Below, one piece after another: positions 21,594 to 32,711 of a stretch of 64,000 nucleotides of DNA. A program made the position numbers and the translations under genes. The DNA comes from Antedon mediterranea (lineage: Eukaryota; Animalia; Echinodermata): assembly GCF_964355755.1 (NCBI RefSeq), contig NC_092673.1, forward strand, positions 16,675,648 to 16,739,647, written 5' to 3'. The stretch's first letter is position 1. Each line of letters opens with the position of its first letter. The notes beneath the pieces were generated by a model. The model saw nothing but the letters and a program-made list of their open reading frames with translations, was not told the DNA's origin and made no database searches.

Positions 21594-21702
21594 GATTTGA
21601 ACCAAAATTCATAAACATATTTGTATTTATATAATATTTTGTTTGTGTGTGGGTGTGTGTGTGGGTGTGTGTGTGTGCGCGCGCGCAGGCAACTACGGGA
21701 CA

Positions 21703-24123
21703 ATGTTTCGACTTTGCCTGATTACTCTACTTTGTAGTGCTACTACACGCGGTACGTTGACAATGGACAGAGAGTACGTGGTTGCAAGACCATACACGTC
21801 GTTCGAATTGAGATGCACAACGGACAGCAGAAGAGCTTCTCACATACGATGGAATCTACCGAAGCGTGACGTGGGTATGGTTATCGCCCACATCACGTTG
21901 GACATGACATCAAGTATGCTGAAGGTAATGGCCATGACAAAGGATGCCACTGGAACGTACTCGTGTTACATCGATGAATACAATCGATCGCGTAGAACGT
22001 GGACACGAACGCAAAAAGATGCTGTCGTACAAGTCGTCGACGCGTACATCATGCAACCTCGAGAAGTCGCCACCATCACCATTTCGTCCGGTTCTCGAAA
22101 CTTTTCAAGCATTCAAGTGTTACGCAATAGCCAAAGGGTTACGTCCGAACCGTCTTCTTCTATGTTCGAGACGTGTTATTCACTGGCAATAGCGTCTACA
22201 GACAGAAATGTAATTATTGATCAAGTACGCATCTGTGGATACGATACGATATCAGTGAGGAAGGTTCGATCATGGCCATACGACAGCCTATGTGCACTTT
22301 TAGAAACAAAATATTCTGTGTGTTGCATCGTTCCGGATGATCCGTGTAGAAGGGAGGTACCGGCTCGAATTGCAACGATAACGGTAGACGCCGAAACCGT
22401 GGCCATCGGACAAACGTTGAATCTACTATGTCAGTTTCCGAGAGAAACTTTAGTGACGTGGATGATACCCGATCCGAAACGTCACGGTACCATGAGAGGT
22501 GAACAGTGTAGAACAAACAAAACACATTCGCTTCTACTGGAACAGATCACGGTTCGCGATCAAGGCTTGTACTCGTGCATAGGATCCAGTGATTATGAAT
22601 CGATATCTGTACACGTTCGAGTGGTAAACACAATAGAAGAACAGGTGAAACCGTCGTCGTCGTCGTTGACTATCGGAAACGTGTGTGCAACGACATTGAC
22701 AGAAGAATTTGGTACCATTAAGAGAATGCCGGCGATACTGTCACCCGCGATACAAATTGTAAAACCGAAAGGAATGATACTTTTACGTTGCACCACGTCC
22801 ACGTCCTCAAATAATGTTCTGTGGATACGGAACGGAAAGCAAATTGAACATTCAAGAGCGATAGAGGCGTCTTGTAACAACTATCACGAGCATACACTGA
22901 CAATTTTCGATGCCAATCGCTGGGATACGGGAGGTTACGAGTGTATTGTTAACAAAACATATTGGGGTAGGGCACACGTGCAGGTTTTAAACGAACCATC
23001 TAACCCATCTCTTTTCATCGATCATTTGGTCGACGTGTGTAAAGACTCGAATCCGTGGCAGAATACAGGTCCGAAGCAGGTGGATTCAAACAGTTTGCGT
23101 TACTGTTATTATTTCAACAAAAGAAACGTGAATTTCAATCGACCGGGAACGTGTTACGATGACGGCATGTGTGTAGTGAACATTAAAGACAGATGCGATC
23201 ATCCGTCACATATTCTCGATTATGATGATGATGATGATGATGATGATGACGCGACTCATCCATGCAATCGGGACGCATCAACGATAGGCTCGATTGTAAT
23301 GTCTAGTCTACATCCGGTACTTGGAGAGTCAGTAACTTTCAATTTTTACTACGAGTCAGTCATTGCAAAACTGTACAATCTAACTGTAAAATACTTTACA
23401 ACACAAGAAAATGACAAAGTACTCGTAAACGATAACTTACTAACGATTAGACATTGCGCTCGAGGCAGAATGGTTACGGTCCGCGTAAACACAAACTATC
23501 AAGAATTTTACGATGTCACGACCGATTATTTGTTTCTTCAAGTAATCTTCTCCGCTAAAAATCTTACCATTTTAAAAGAATTAAAATTGCATAAACAAGA
23601 CAATGCACCGACCTTTGTCGCCACTGAATTGTGCGCATATAAATTGCCTGTATTATGGCATACTGTTGACCATATTGATATCATTTCGTACAATATGCCA
23701 TCGCGCCTTTCCATCGAGAACATATCGAGTGTACAGCTACTCACCTACAGCGAACAATGGAACGTCACAGGTACGTCAAACATCCTGTATCTCATCGGTG
23801 TACCAAGTACAGCCAAAGTTGAATGGAAAATCAATGGCGAGCAAATGCGATTGCTTGTTGACGAATGTAACGTCAACATCGAATCACACGTGTACCACGA
23901 TCATCGGGTTATTCGCATCTCCTCTAATCATCATCATCATCATCATCATTTAAACGTAACGGCAGTCGTCAAAGACAAGTCTAGTTTAGCATTTGTCGGT
24001 AGAATGGTTAATGTTGCATTCAAACAACCGATGAAGCCCATAGTATCCGTTCACTACTATCATAGCATTAAATATTACGGCATACCGACCGATAGAGTGT
24101 ATTATTTATCAAACGAGATATAA
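21703..24123 (+). CDS. Secreted multi-immunoglobulin-domain glycoprotein
   Basis: Signal peptide; at least three Ig domains with C..W..D.G.Y.C (DATGTYSC, DQGLYSC, DTGGYEC); no C-terminal TM. Confidence 0.85.
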   Translation: MFRLCLITLLCSATTRGTLTMDREYVVARPYTSFELRCTTDSRRASHIRWNLPKRDVGMVIAHITLDMTSSMLKVMAMTKDATGTYSCYIDEYNRSRRTWTRTQKDAVVQVVDAYIMQPREVATITISSGSRNFSSIQVLRNSQRVTSEPSSSMFETCYSLAIASTDRNVIIDQVRICGYDTISVRKVRSWPYDSLCALLETKYSVCCIVPDDPCRREVPARIATITVDAETVAIGQTLNLLCQFPRETLVTWMIPDPKRHGTMRGEQCRTNKTHSLLLEQITVRDQGLYSCIGSSDYESISVHVRVVNTIEEQVKPSSSSLTIGNVCATTLTEEFGTIKRMPAILSPAIQIVKPKGMILLRCTTSTSSNNVLWIRNGKQIEHSRAIEASCNNYHEHTLTIFDANRWDTGGYECIVNKTYWGRAHVQVLNEPSNPSLFIDHLVDVCKDSNPWQNTGPKQVDSNSLRYCYYFNKRNVNFNRPGTCYDDGMCVVNIKDRCDHPSHILDYDDDDDDDDDATHPCNRDASTIGSIVMSSLHPVLGESVTFNFYYESVIAKLYNLTVKYFTTQENDKVLVNDNLLTIRHCARGRMVTVRVNTNYQEFYDVTTDYLFLQVIFSAKNLTILKELKLHKQDNAPTFVATELCAYKLPVLWHTVDHIDIISYNMPSRLSIENISSVQLLTYSEQWNVTGTSNILYLIGVPSTAKVEWKINGEQMRLLVDECNVNIESHVYHDHRVIRISSNHHHHHHHLNVTAVVKDKSSLAFVGRMVNVAFKQPMKPIVSVHYYHSIKYYGIPTDRVYYLSNEI

Positions 24124-24162
24124 CAATAAAGAAAACAACACAAACTAGTTTGTATATTCATT

Positions 24163-24507
24163 TTATTTCATATGGTCTACAAGTCGTTGGTTCCAATAGG
24201 AAAGACAACGATCTTTGAACATGACAACATCATTTTGCGGTCCATTGTATCCGATAATCTTAAGAAAATCTACAAACATGTTGAAAACGTGTACGTGATC
24301 AACATCTTCATCGTTTACGTGCAGTGTTGCCATCACAAACGGTGACTCAAACAGTCCGTAAAAATATTGCATTGTCTGCCGAAATTGAACGATTCCTTTT
24401 ATACTTTCACCGTTGTAGTTGCATAAGTAGCGCGTTCCACAAAACGATTCCGACAACAGCATATGCTTGTCCGAGTTCAATACGACCGCAAACAGATAAC
24501 ACTTCAT
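24163..24507 (-). CDS. Small hypothetical protein
   Basis: 114-aa ATG ORF. Confidence 0.5.
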   Translation of the reverse strand: MKCYLFAVVLNSDKHMLLSESFCGTRYLCNYNGESIKGIVQFRQTMQYFYGLFESPFVMATLHVNDEDVDHVHVFNMFVDFLKIIGYNGPQNDVVMFKDRCLSYWNQRLVDHMK

Positions 24508-24573
24508 ACTACGATAACGATTGTTATAATTATATGTTTTTTTTTTGTCTTCTCGTAGGCCACGTCAAGCGTA

Positions 24574-25806
24574 CTAGAAAAAACAATCTGGTATGTTTTC
24601 TTTTTCCTCGTCAATTGCTTTCGCGACAAGTTCACTAAAAATGTCTTCAATACGTATCTGCCGAATCGGTTTGTAAGTGAACGAATGGACTGGTATGTGA
24701 AACTGACACTCCCTTTCCGCGTTTATGGCATCGTCTGACAATAGGGATTTTTCAATTGAATCTATTCTCTTGTCCAATTCCATCTGCGTAGACTTGACAC
24801 GTTGCTCAAAGTCTGATTTCCATTCGTGAACGTGATGTTCAGACACTTGTTCGGCCATAACAGACGCTATGTTCCGAAGACGCTCGTCATATATAGTTTT
24901 GTCATACATGTTCGATTCGATCAAATTTCTTCGTTCAATCAACCTCTTCAACTCTACATCTTCCCAGTCGGAACGTGGACGTTCAACTCTCGCCTCATCC
25001 AGCCACAGTGTGTATCCTTTCTTTTTTGTCTGTTGACAATCTGCGTTGCATGTGCCATACTTAATCCGTACCGAGTTGGAGTGTTTACAGGTAAATATTT
25101 CGGGTTTTGATGATCCGCATACCATTTCACGTTCACAAACCTGATCAATGTGTAAAACTTTTGGATATTTACCGAGTTCCAACAGCACGTGGTATAATAT
25201 CACATCTTTGGCATTTTTATTAAAAGTAAAACGGACGGTTGACAATAAATACAGCCGTTTCATTGTCTCGTCTCCGTTCAAAATCTTAAACCATATTACT
25301 TCGCAATTACTTGCATCGGGTCTAAGCAACTTTCCATCCATTTTTGAAAGGCTCTGAATAAGTTGGTCGTATACTATCGTCTCATCTGTGTCGTTGAAAG
25401 TTTTCGTCAGTAGCTGCTTTAGATTGTCATTGAATAGAAACGGTTGGCATGGTGCGAGAACCTGTAACCAATATACACCCTGGATTTTTTCCGAATCGTA
25501 ATGCTTCATGAAACGATCGGCAAAACGGTTCAAATCGAGTATTGCATGTTCACAACGGAGCATACGCAACTTCGATTCTACTACCGTTCGAAAGTCATCG
25601 GTAATCGTTGGTTTTATGCGCGTGTTGAGCAATATCAAGTCAGCATAATCGCCAATGTCCTTTAATTTCAAATCGAAATCACCGCCGTTCAACAAGTAGG
25701 AAACAAACCTGCTGATTATGTCTGGAGTGATGGATTCCGATAATATGTCTCTCACGTAGACTGTGAAATCAATTTTCAGATTAGGATGTATGAACGAAGT
25801 AGACAT
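24574..25806 (-). CDS. Hypothetical protein with Cys cluster and coiled-coil C-terminus
   Basis: 410-aa ORF. Confidence 0.65.
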   Translation of the reverse strand: MSTSFIHPNLKIDFTVYVRDILSESITPDIISRFVSYLLNGGDFDLKLKDIGDYADLILLNTRIKPTITDDFRTVVESKLRMLRCEHAILDLNRFADRFMKHYDSEKIQGVYWLQVLAPCQPFLFNDNLKQLLTKTFNDTDETIVYDQLIQSLSKMDGKLLRPDASNCEVIWFKILNGDETMKRLYLLSTVRFTFNKNAKDVILYHVLLELGKYPKVLHIDQVCEREMVCGSSKPEIFTCKHSNSVRIKYGTCNADCQQTKKKGYTLWLDEARVERPRSDWEDVELKRLIERRNLIESNMYDKTIYDERLRNIASVMAEQVSEHHVHEWKSDFEQRVKSTQMELDKRIDSIEKSLLSDDAINAERECQFHIPVHSFTYKPIRQIRIEDIFSELVAKAIDEEKENIPDCFF

Positions 25807-25846
25807 GATATCGAAATGACAGTCAAAGTGAAATTGTTTGTGCTAT

Positions 25847-26740
25847 TTATTCGTTTTTCTCTAAACAGTCTTTTACAAACGTTGAAAAACTACCGATTAT
25901 ACTCCGTTTAATCTTATGTTCAACAGAACCACGAAATGCAGACGCTGAATGCATTCGTTTGTACTCGCCTCCGCCGGGAAAACATCTAGGTGGAATGCCA
26001 AACATTTTACATAGCCCATGGCCCCATTTCATACGTCTGCCACTGTCCAAAGACAGAAAGCGTACACTTCCTCGGTTCGTGTGCAACGTTTGCGAGTACC
26101 GTTTACCGATCGCAAACGGTGCAATTATTGCATAATATAAACTACCGTCATCGGCAAATAACTGTACAGTGCCCGGTACAATTGTCTTGTCCGGCGTGTA
26201 CAGACAAACGCACGCCATAAGCACCCAAACGCTGTCTTCGGTCCAGGTAATCAATGGAACCGGCAGATCAGACGGTGAGGCGTCCAGAAAATCGGCGACA
26301 CGAGCGTTGTTTCTCGGCTGATGCGGTACGGTCATGTAAACGTTCTCTCGACCGACTTGTTTCAGTCTTTGAATAACTTCACTCTCGTTCAATCCGGCCA
26401 TCAGCGTGTTTTCTACGTGTGAAACAAGCAGACCGCTACCCTCTCTCGGAGAACACACTTTAAAGTACATTTCGTCCTCTTCATAATCCGATTGTTGTAT
26501 ACTGCAACGACGACATGCAATCAGCGTGGGTACGTCATTTGCTCGCCTGTTTTGGTTTGCAGACATAAAAAGTGCCATCAATTCCAACGATTCTAACACG
26601 GATCTTTTTCCTTCTTCGTATAACTTTTTTAGAGGCTCCACGTTGCCTATTACGTCTACTATCGGTTCCTGTAGTCCCACCATTCTGGGAAGGTTCCTCA
26701 TCAGCTGTCGATACATTACCTCCTCCTCCAAGCCGTCCAT
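25847..26740 (-). CDS. Hypothetical protein
   Basis: ~297-aa ORF divergent from the triplex/MCP pair. Confidence 0.6.
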   Translation of the reverse strand: MDGLEEEVMYRQLMRNLPRMVGLQEPIVDVIGNVEPLKKLYEEGKRSVLESLELMALFMSANQNRRANDVPTLIACRRCSIQQSDYEEDEMYFKVCSPREGSGLLVSHVENTLMAGLNESEVIQRLKQVGRENVYMTVPHQPRNNARVADFLDASPSDLPVPLITWTEDSVWVLMACVCLYTPDKTIVPGTVQLFADDGSLYYAIIAPFAIGKRYSQTLHTNRGSVRFLSLDSGRRMKWGHGLCKMFGIPPRCFPGGGEYKRMHSASAFRGSVEHKIKRSIIGSFSTFVKDCLEKNE

Positions 26741-26825
26741 TACTCGCTGGTCGTTGTGGTGTCGACAGTTTGACGTGCCTAACAAAGTAAGAAAACATCG
26801 TTATTAGTGTCTATATTTGAATCAA

Positions 26826-27746
26826 ATGATGTTGATGATGATGATGATGAAGACGATGGAAAGTATCAAAGAACCGTCGCTCGAAGGACCTAATCGAGCA
26901 TTCTATGTCGATCAAGCGTATCTGAGTGCCAACTTTGAAAGGGGCTCGAACGACGTACGTGGAAAACTATATCCTCCATCAGACAATACATTGATTCAAT
27001 CCGGACAGGTATTACTGGGAATATACAGTTTGACATATAATCAAACTGGATTCGTTCCGGGTCCGAACGGCATGGAAACGCCACATCACAAAGACGTAGA
27101 CGATGCGGAAAGACAGCGTCTGATTAAGGAGAGTGACATGAAGAAATACATGGTACTGGGAGTCGCCGGTACAGAGCTTACAGACTGGCCGTCCAATAAA
27201 CTCTTTTCCGTTATCACTCAATCTACCGGCTGCAAGTATATCAACACCGGCTCTCGCACAATACTCGACGGACAAATAGTTTGCGTTCGATATCCAACGC
27301 AGAGTGAATGCGACGAGCACATGGCCAGATATAGAACATTAAAATGGGTCACGTACGGTCTAAATCCGTCATCGGATTCGTCGCGAATTGACAGTATGCT
27401 CAGATACATGGCACTGAACAAAGGTACAGCAGAGGCAGCAAACAACGCACAGTTTGAGATGGCCAGAATGTCTGTTATTGCAATCTGTAAACATGTTAAC
27501 ACGTTTAAAAAAAATAGGCTGATTCCTGATGATGCGCATTGGCCGGAAAACGGTTACTTGGGCGAAGACGTTGCCGAAGTTTTCACCAACGATCAATCGA
27601 AAGATGATCTTGCCGATATGATGGGTCATATGTTACGTGTTGGAGACATTGCAACGAGCAAGTTTGGCATGGCCGTGCTAGGATTCGCGTGCGGAGACAC
27701 GAAACCTTGGCAATCTGGCCGAATAATATTGCAAACAAACGTTTAA
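26826..27746 (+). CDS. Putative capsid triplex protein
   Basis: VLGVAG...FSVITQSTGCKYINTGSRTILDGQIVCVRYP and C-terminal G.A..DTKPWQSGRIIL resemble mirusvirus triplex; immediately upstream of MCP. Confidence 0.55.
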   Translation: MMLMMMMMKTMESIKEPSLEGPNRAFYVDQAYLSANFERGSNDVRGKLYPPSDNTLIQSGQVLLGIYSLTYNQTGFVPGPNGMETPHHKDVDDAERQRLIKESDMKKYMVLGVAGTELTDWPSNKLFSVITQSTGCKYINTGSRTILDGQIVCVRYPTQSECDEHMARYRTLKWVTYGLNPSSDSSRIDSMLRYMALNKGTAEAANNAQFEMARMSVIAICKHVNTFKKNRLIPDDAHWPENGYLGEDVAEVFTNDQSKDDLADMMGHMLRVGDIATSKFGMAVLGFACGDTKPWQSGRIILQTNV

Positions 27747-27812
27747 ATACCATTAACATCTTTGTGTCATCTGTGTGTGTGTGTGTGTGTGTTTACGACA
27801 ACGACGACGACG

Positions 27813-29698
27813 ATGATGATGGACACAAAGTACACGATCGCACCGTTTCTCGGTCGTGCTTGCGTAGATCTCAGAGATGTGGTCAACAATGACAATCTGT
27901 ACCCGATCGATGAGATGCGAGCCATCAGCGGTCATCCTGACTATGTTGGATACTCGGACAGAGGAGCGGCCGTGACCGACCGAGATGTATGTTTGATGAA
28001 GGATTTACGATTGAAAACGAGAATTTTGATGAATTCCATGTGCACCGAAGATCCAAACGATCATTCGCTATGGCTATGTCCGCGAGTCATATACAGGGGA
28101 TTGTCCACGTTCAGTATAACGACAAAAGTGGCAGAGGCCGTGGTGTTGGATCGATGCACCGCAGCATCGGACGTGTCGGCGCTGCGTACCAGAACCAGCT
28201 GTAGACAGTACAGCGGCAACATGAGAGGAGGTGCAATAGTCATTTCGGCCGAAGCGATACAGCGCAGCACCGACGAGGCCCTACACAAGCTGTTTATGCT
28301 AAAAGAACGACAACTGAGCGCTTCAATGGATGTAACACAAAAACATGACATGTTCAGTAGCATGATGATGGCGCCAACCATAACGTTTGCGGAAATGTGT
28401 AACGTTCAGAACGATCGAATGAGCAAATCGGACATGTTTTACAAGCGTTTTCGACAGGACAAGGACGAATTCATGTCTTTCAATCTTCGACGAACCGGTC
28501 CACTGGCCACCTTCATCGATCTGGACAAGTCGTTGAGATTCGGAAACACGTCTACCATGTGCACACCACCCGACACCATCATCGTACATCCGGCGCTGAT
28601 GAGTGAATTGCCTTTGAAAAATGCCACTCATCGCCCTACACGACAAGTCTTCTATCGTTGCACGAAAGATCAAAAAGAACTTGACGAATCGGACATCAAA
28701 GTGTTGACGGGTGCCGAATGTCAGGCACCAGCTCCGAACAAAACGATGCTCGTCAACGGTTCCGAACGATATGTCATGTCAATGCCAAATGCTTCCATCG
28801 ACGACGACGGCTGTCGAAGTAACCTCTCCGAAACGACGGCAAGTTTCAAGAGTTACGTCCTCTCGGGACTGATCCCGTTAAGCCGCGGTCGATCAAGACC
28901 CCCGGACTTTGAACGCATCACGAACGTTCCGTGGAACGAGATTCGAGTCACCGATCTAGACAAGGGCATAGACGGTACCATTCGACTGTGTGAGGTAATG
29001 GAACGAAGTGGATACTATTCACCCGAAACCTATCAAACATCTCGATACCAACGCATGTTCACCGATACGCCCGCACTGTGTCGCGTCCGAAACCAGATGA
29101 CGGCGGCAATGTTTGATCGAGACTGTCTGCAGGAACAGAATCTGAGTAATCGATCGTGTCTGCTTCGACCCAGTCGGAAGGTTTTCTACAATCCGATCGA
29201 GAAAAAGTTTATGCCGGCCATCACGTACGGACACAGTGAGCTTCCCGAATCACCGGTTGAAGGTGGTGACGTGACAGCCGGCATGACGTTGATGGCAAAG
29301 TTTTTCTCGTCCGAAGATAAATTTGATAAACTCTACGAATGTGGCTTTCAGTATCTGCGCAACTGTTTGGCGTTGAAATGGGACGCGCAAACGTGCTTAT
29401 CGTTGAGGAAAATGGACGAAGATCCGCTAACAATCGATGAAACGCTAAAACACGACGTTGAAAAAAACGATGGATTGACGCATTTCGTTAGACATCGATA
29501 TCTCACGCGCATTCATGACATTTTCCAAACTCAAGCCAAAGAAGATAAACGCATATTGGAGACGTGCATTGCCATCGAAAGTGCGCTTTCCATCACTGAC
29601 CGACTGCACGAGATGATTATGTCGTTGACAAAGAAATGTCCAAACTACACGCATTCTTGGTTTTTCTCCAAAGCCGCGCAAGTTTCATGCCGAAGAAA

Positions 29699-29739
<41 letters not shown>

Positions 29740-31091
29740 ATGGTGATGACGATGACGATAGGATTCATTTAAGTCGCGTAAAAGAGATTCTCTTTGATCG
29801 TGTGGTACTCAGATTATTGTCGCCACGAATCTACGCCGTCACCGAAACGAATTGGAAACCGAAAGTGCACGAAGAGAACGTGACGTTTTGTCACTTTTTA
29901 TCCGATCACACCAACGTCAACTGTAGACTGATTGGCAATGATGGAACAACGAGCACTTTTTTCACCACCACCACTCCAAACTGTGTGAATGAAGCGAAAG
30001 ATGTCACGACACATTTTCCGTATTTTTCGACCGATTGCCCGAGAACGGCACGCGAGTTGTTTGTGAACAGAAACTATTCGCATCGAGTTGAAACGGTGGT
30101 TTCAATGCCGCTGACAAACGGCGTAAAAGCAAGCACGTTGCTGTTTCTGTCAATGTTGCAGAATCCCACCACCACCAAGATGTTGACAGAGGCAAATGTG
30201 TTTCCGAACACAACCTTTTTACTCTTTCGAATGCCCATACAGAAAACGTGCAGCGCAATCATGTGCCGTTCGGGACCTAATTATCGATACATGTTTTTGG
30301 GTAACGGAAAAATCGGCACGATCGAAACGAACGCCTGTTCCTACAAGACGACGTCACGCATCGAAATGACGTACGTGGACACTAGTCCAATCGACAATAC
30401 ACGCGTTCAAAACAATCTAGCGGGAATAGGCTACATGCGCGGCATGGGAAGTTTGATAATGAATTTTAAACAGACACACACAAGACAAGGACACGGAGAT
30501 TTTGTAGCCGTTCCCATTCCGTCCTCGTTCAATCCAGAGTCTACTGACATAATGCAGTTGAACGGTCGAGCGTCTGTCGGCGACGGTAATTCCAACCAGT
30601 CTCTGGATCTACTCGACGAAATCACAAACAAGTTCACCACCAATCCATACGCCACGGTCGGAGCGTCAGAGGCGCACATAACACTCGGTCTTCATCATCC
30701 GTTGTGGATGAACGACACCAGCAGAACGACAGGTGTTCACACCACGTTTCTATCCACCAGAAATCCACCGACACAGTACAAGGCCGACGTGGACGTGTTC
30801 ATGAAACCCATCAGTCATCACGGTTTACAGGAAGACAGTAACGTTGCAATGCAAGGTCGACAGTATTACGACAGTTCACAATTTGAGCCGTGCGCCTTCA
30901 AGTCTGTCAACAAGGGATTTTACGGAGAACACGAACACAGTTCGTCTTCGTTTCGTAATCTATTGGACGTTTCCACGGCTAGATTTGATGAAGGCATGGT
31001 GCTCGTCGATCCCACAACCTGTCTGCCCACAGGTCGTGGAACGGACGATCAACTCATCAAAACGGGTCTTAGAAAGCGATATAGACCTTAG
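27813..31091 (+). CDS. Major capsid protein, HK97-fold, mirusvirus-like
   Basis: ~1090 aa; N-terminal LDRC...VSAL....R...RGGA..I...RQL...D, PDTIIV, and C-terminal NVFP..FLLFR.P..SAIM..SG...G.G...K......GY..G.G match the mirusvirus MCP pattern as recalled; long central insertion. Confidence 0.65.
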
Positions 31092-31751
31092 GAAATTATA
31101 CCTTTTGTATCCTGCGATCCATTGAAATTCTTTCTCGTCGAAATCCTCGTAGCATTCACTGTGCATCTGACCGCCTTTGCATCGAATCAAGACGACTGCC
31201 GATGGACGTGTGGATAAAGCGTACGTGTTGGCCATAAACAAAGCGCCCAATTGTGCCTGAATCTTTGCTCTATCCAAAAGACATGGTTTGAAGCCGACAC
31301 TACGTTTTCGAGGAGCAAGATCACGTTCTTTTATCAGCTGGGAAACGGTCATGGACGTGTTTTTAAACTCAACCACCACCGCATCTCCACTCGTACGATT
31401 CTGCATCACAAGATCTATGATTGCCACAGACGCATCACCATCGTTATCTACGGTGGCGTTGGTGACAGCACACTGCGCCTTCATAAACTCCAAGTCTAAC
31501 TTTTGCAACTCTTTATTCACTTCCTCGTTGGCCATGCAACAAACTTGAGCGTCCATCTGACGACCGACTTCCATGGCATTCTCACTGGAAAGCGAAGCTG
31601 ACCCAATGTGACGCGCTCGCTTTATTTTCCATCGTTTGTCAACGTACAGTCTGTTGCAAATCTGTTTTGTTACCGAAATCAGTTTCTTACCGTCAACAGT
31701 ATACGAGCGACCAGCGCCTCTGCTTATCCTTACACGCCGATTACTTAACAT
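30960..31751 (-). CDS. PD-(D/E)xK-superfamily nuclease
   Basis: GRQMD...IIDLVM...VVVEFKNT...IQAQL: motifs II, III and IV. Confidence 0.7.
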   Translation of the reverse strand: MLSNRRVRISRGAGRSYTVDGKKLISVTKQICNRLYVDKRWKIKRARHIGSASLSSENAMEVGRQMDAQVCCMANEEVNKELQKLDLEFMKAQCAVTNATVDNDGDASVAIIDLVMQNRTSGDAVVVEFKNTSMTVSQLIKERDLAPRKRSVGFKPCLLDRAKIQAQLGALFMANTYALSTRPSAVVLIRCKGGQMHSECYEDFDEKEFQWIAGYKRYNFLRSISLSKTRFDELIVRSTTCGQTGCGIDEHHAFIKSSRGNVQ

Positions 31752-31909
31752 GCTTTATGCTTTTATTTTTCATGCGTTGTACATTTATAATAAATAAAAA
31801 AAAAATAAATAGAATTTGTGTGTGCGTGCGTGTGTTTGTTGGAAACCATTAGTGTTTTGTTTTTGTTTTTTTATTCCATGTTAATTATAGAGAAGAAATA
31901 GATCAAACG

Positions 31910-32653
31910 ATGGGGTACGGAGACGAAATTAGCCTTCGTTCGTTTGGAAATACATTGGCCGAGATTCCAAGCGTTTTGACCGATGCCATGCATGAGGTAT
32001 ACTCTCTGAAAGGTATACGAGCATGGCACGATCATTTTGTGTTGCATCTTCAGAAACTGTTTTACATGTTGGGCGTGTTGATTTCTGCCATATTTCTTGT
32101 GAACGAAAGTGAACGAGTTGAACGACATCCAGGTCAGATTGATTTTGTGTTTGTCAGTCGTCCACTTTTGTACGCCGTTGGAGCAGATGTGTTTACGATC
32201 ATCGTAAACTTTCTTTATCTCATGACTCGTTTCACGTTGGAGAAACATTTGATCAGATACAAACAACCGGCCGTATGGGAACGCATGGTGCTGCACACCG
32301 TACCAGTTATCGCTGCCGTATTGCTTGGCCTTTTGGCGTACAGTATACCGTACTGTTACTTGACAACGCAATACATGAACGAACCTTTCTGCAGCTCTTC
32401 ATTCACGCCAACCACCGACCGCGTTCTACTCATACTCACCGTCGTAGCGTCTGTATGCCATATGATATACGGCGTTTATCATCATTGGCGCTCCACCAGT
32501 ACCGTGCATTCAAAAAATTCTACAGCGATGGATGATGAAAACGATTACGAATACTCGAGTCTTCTTAACGTGTCGGACGAGAGACGTTCTACCGGAAGAG
32601 GAGGAGGAGGAGGAGGAGGTGGAAGAACGCACAGAAACATGACTCGACGATAG
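31910..32653 (+). CDS. Multi-pass membrane protein (about 4 TM)
   Basis: Four hydrophobic segments and a charged tail with a YSSL motif. Confidence 0.65.
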   Translation: MGYGDEISLRSFGNTLAEIPSVLTDAMHEVYSLKGIRAWHDHFVLHLQKLFYMLGVLISAIFLVNESERVERHPGQIDFVFVSRPLLYAVGADVFTIIVNFLYLMTRFTLEKHLIRYKQPAVWERMVLHTVPVIAAVLLGLLAYSIPYCYLTTQYMNEPFCSSSFTPTTDRVLLILTVVASVCHMIYGVYHHWRSTSTVHSKNSTAMDDENDYEYSSLLNVSDERRSTGRGGGGGGGGRTHRNMTRR

Positions 32654-32711
32654 TATTTAAGTGTATTTGTCTTTAAAAAAACAAAACAAACAAAAACATT
32701 ACAAAAAAAAA

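Noticed and set aside
31910-32653. Heliorhodopsin or viral GPCR
   Set aside because: Only about four TM segments and no recognisable retinal-binding Lys or DRY-type motif
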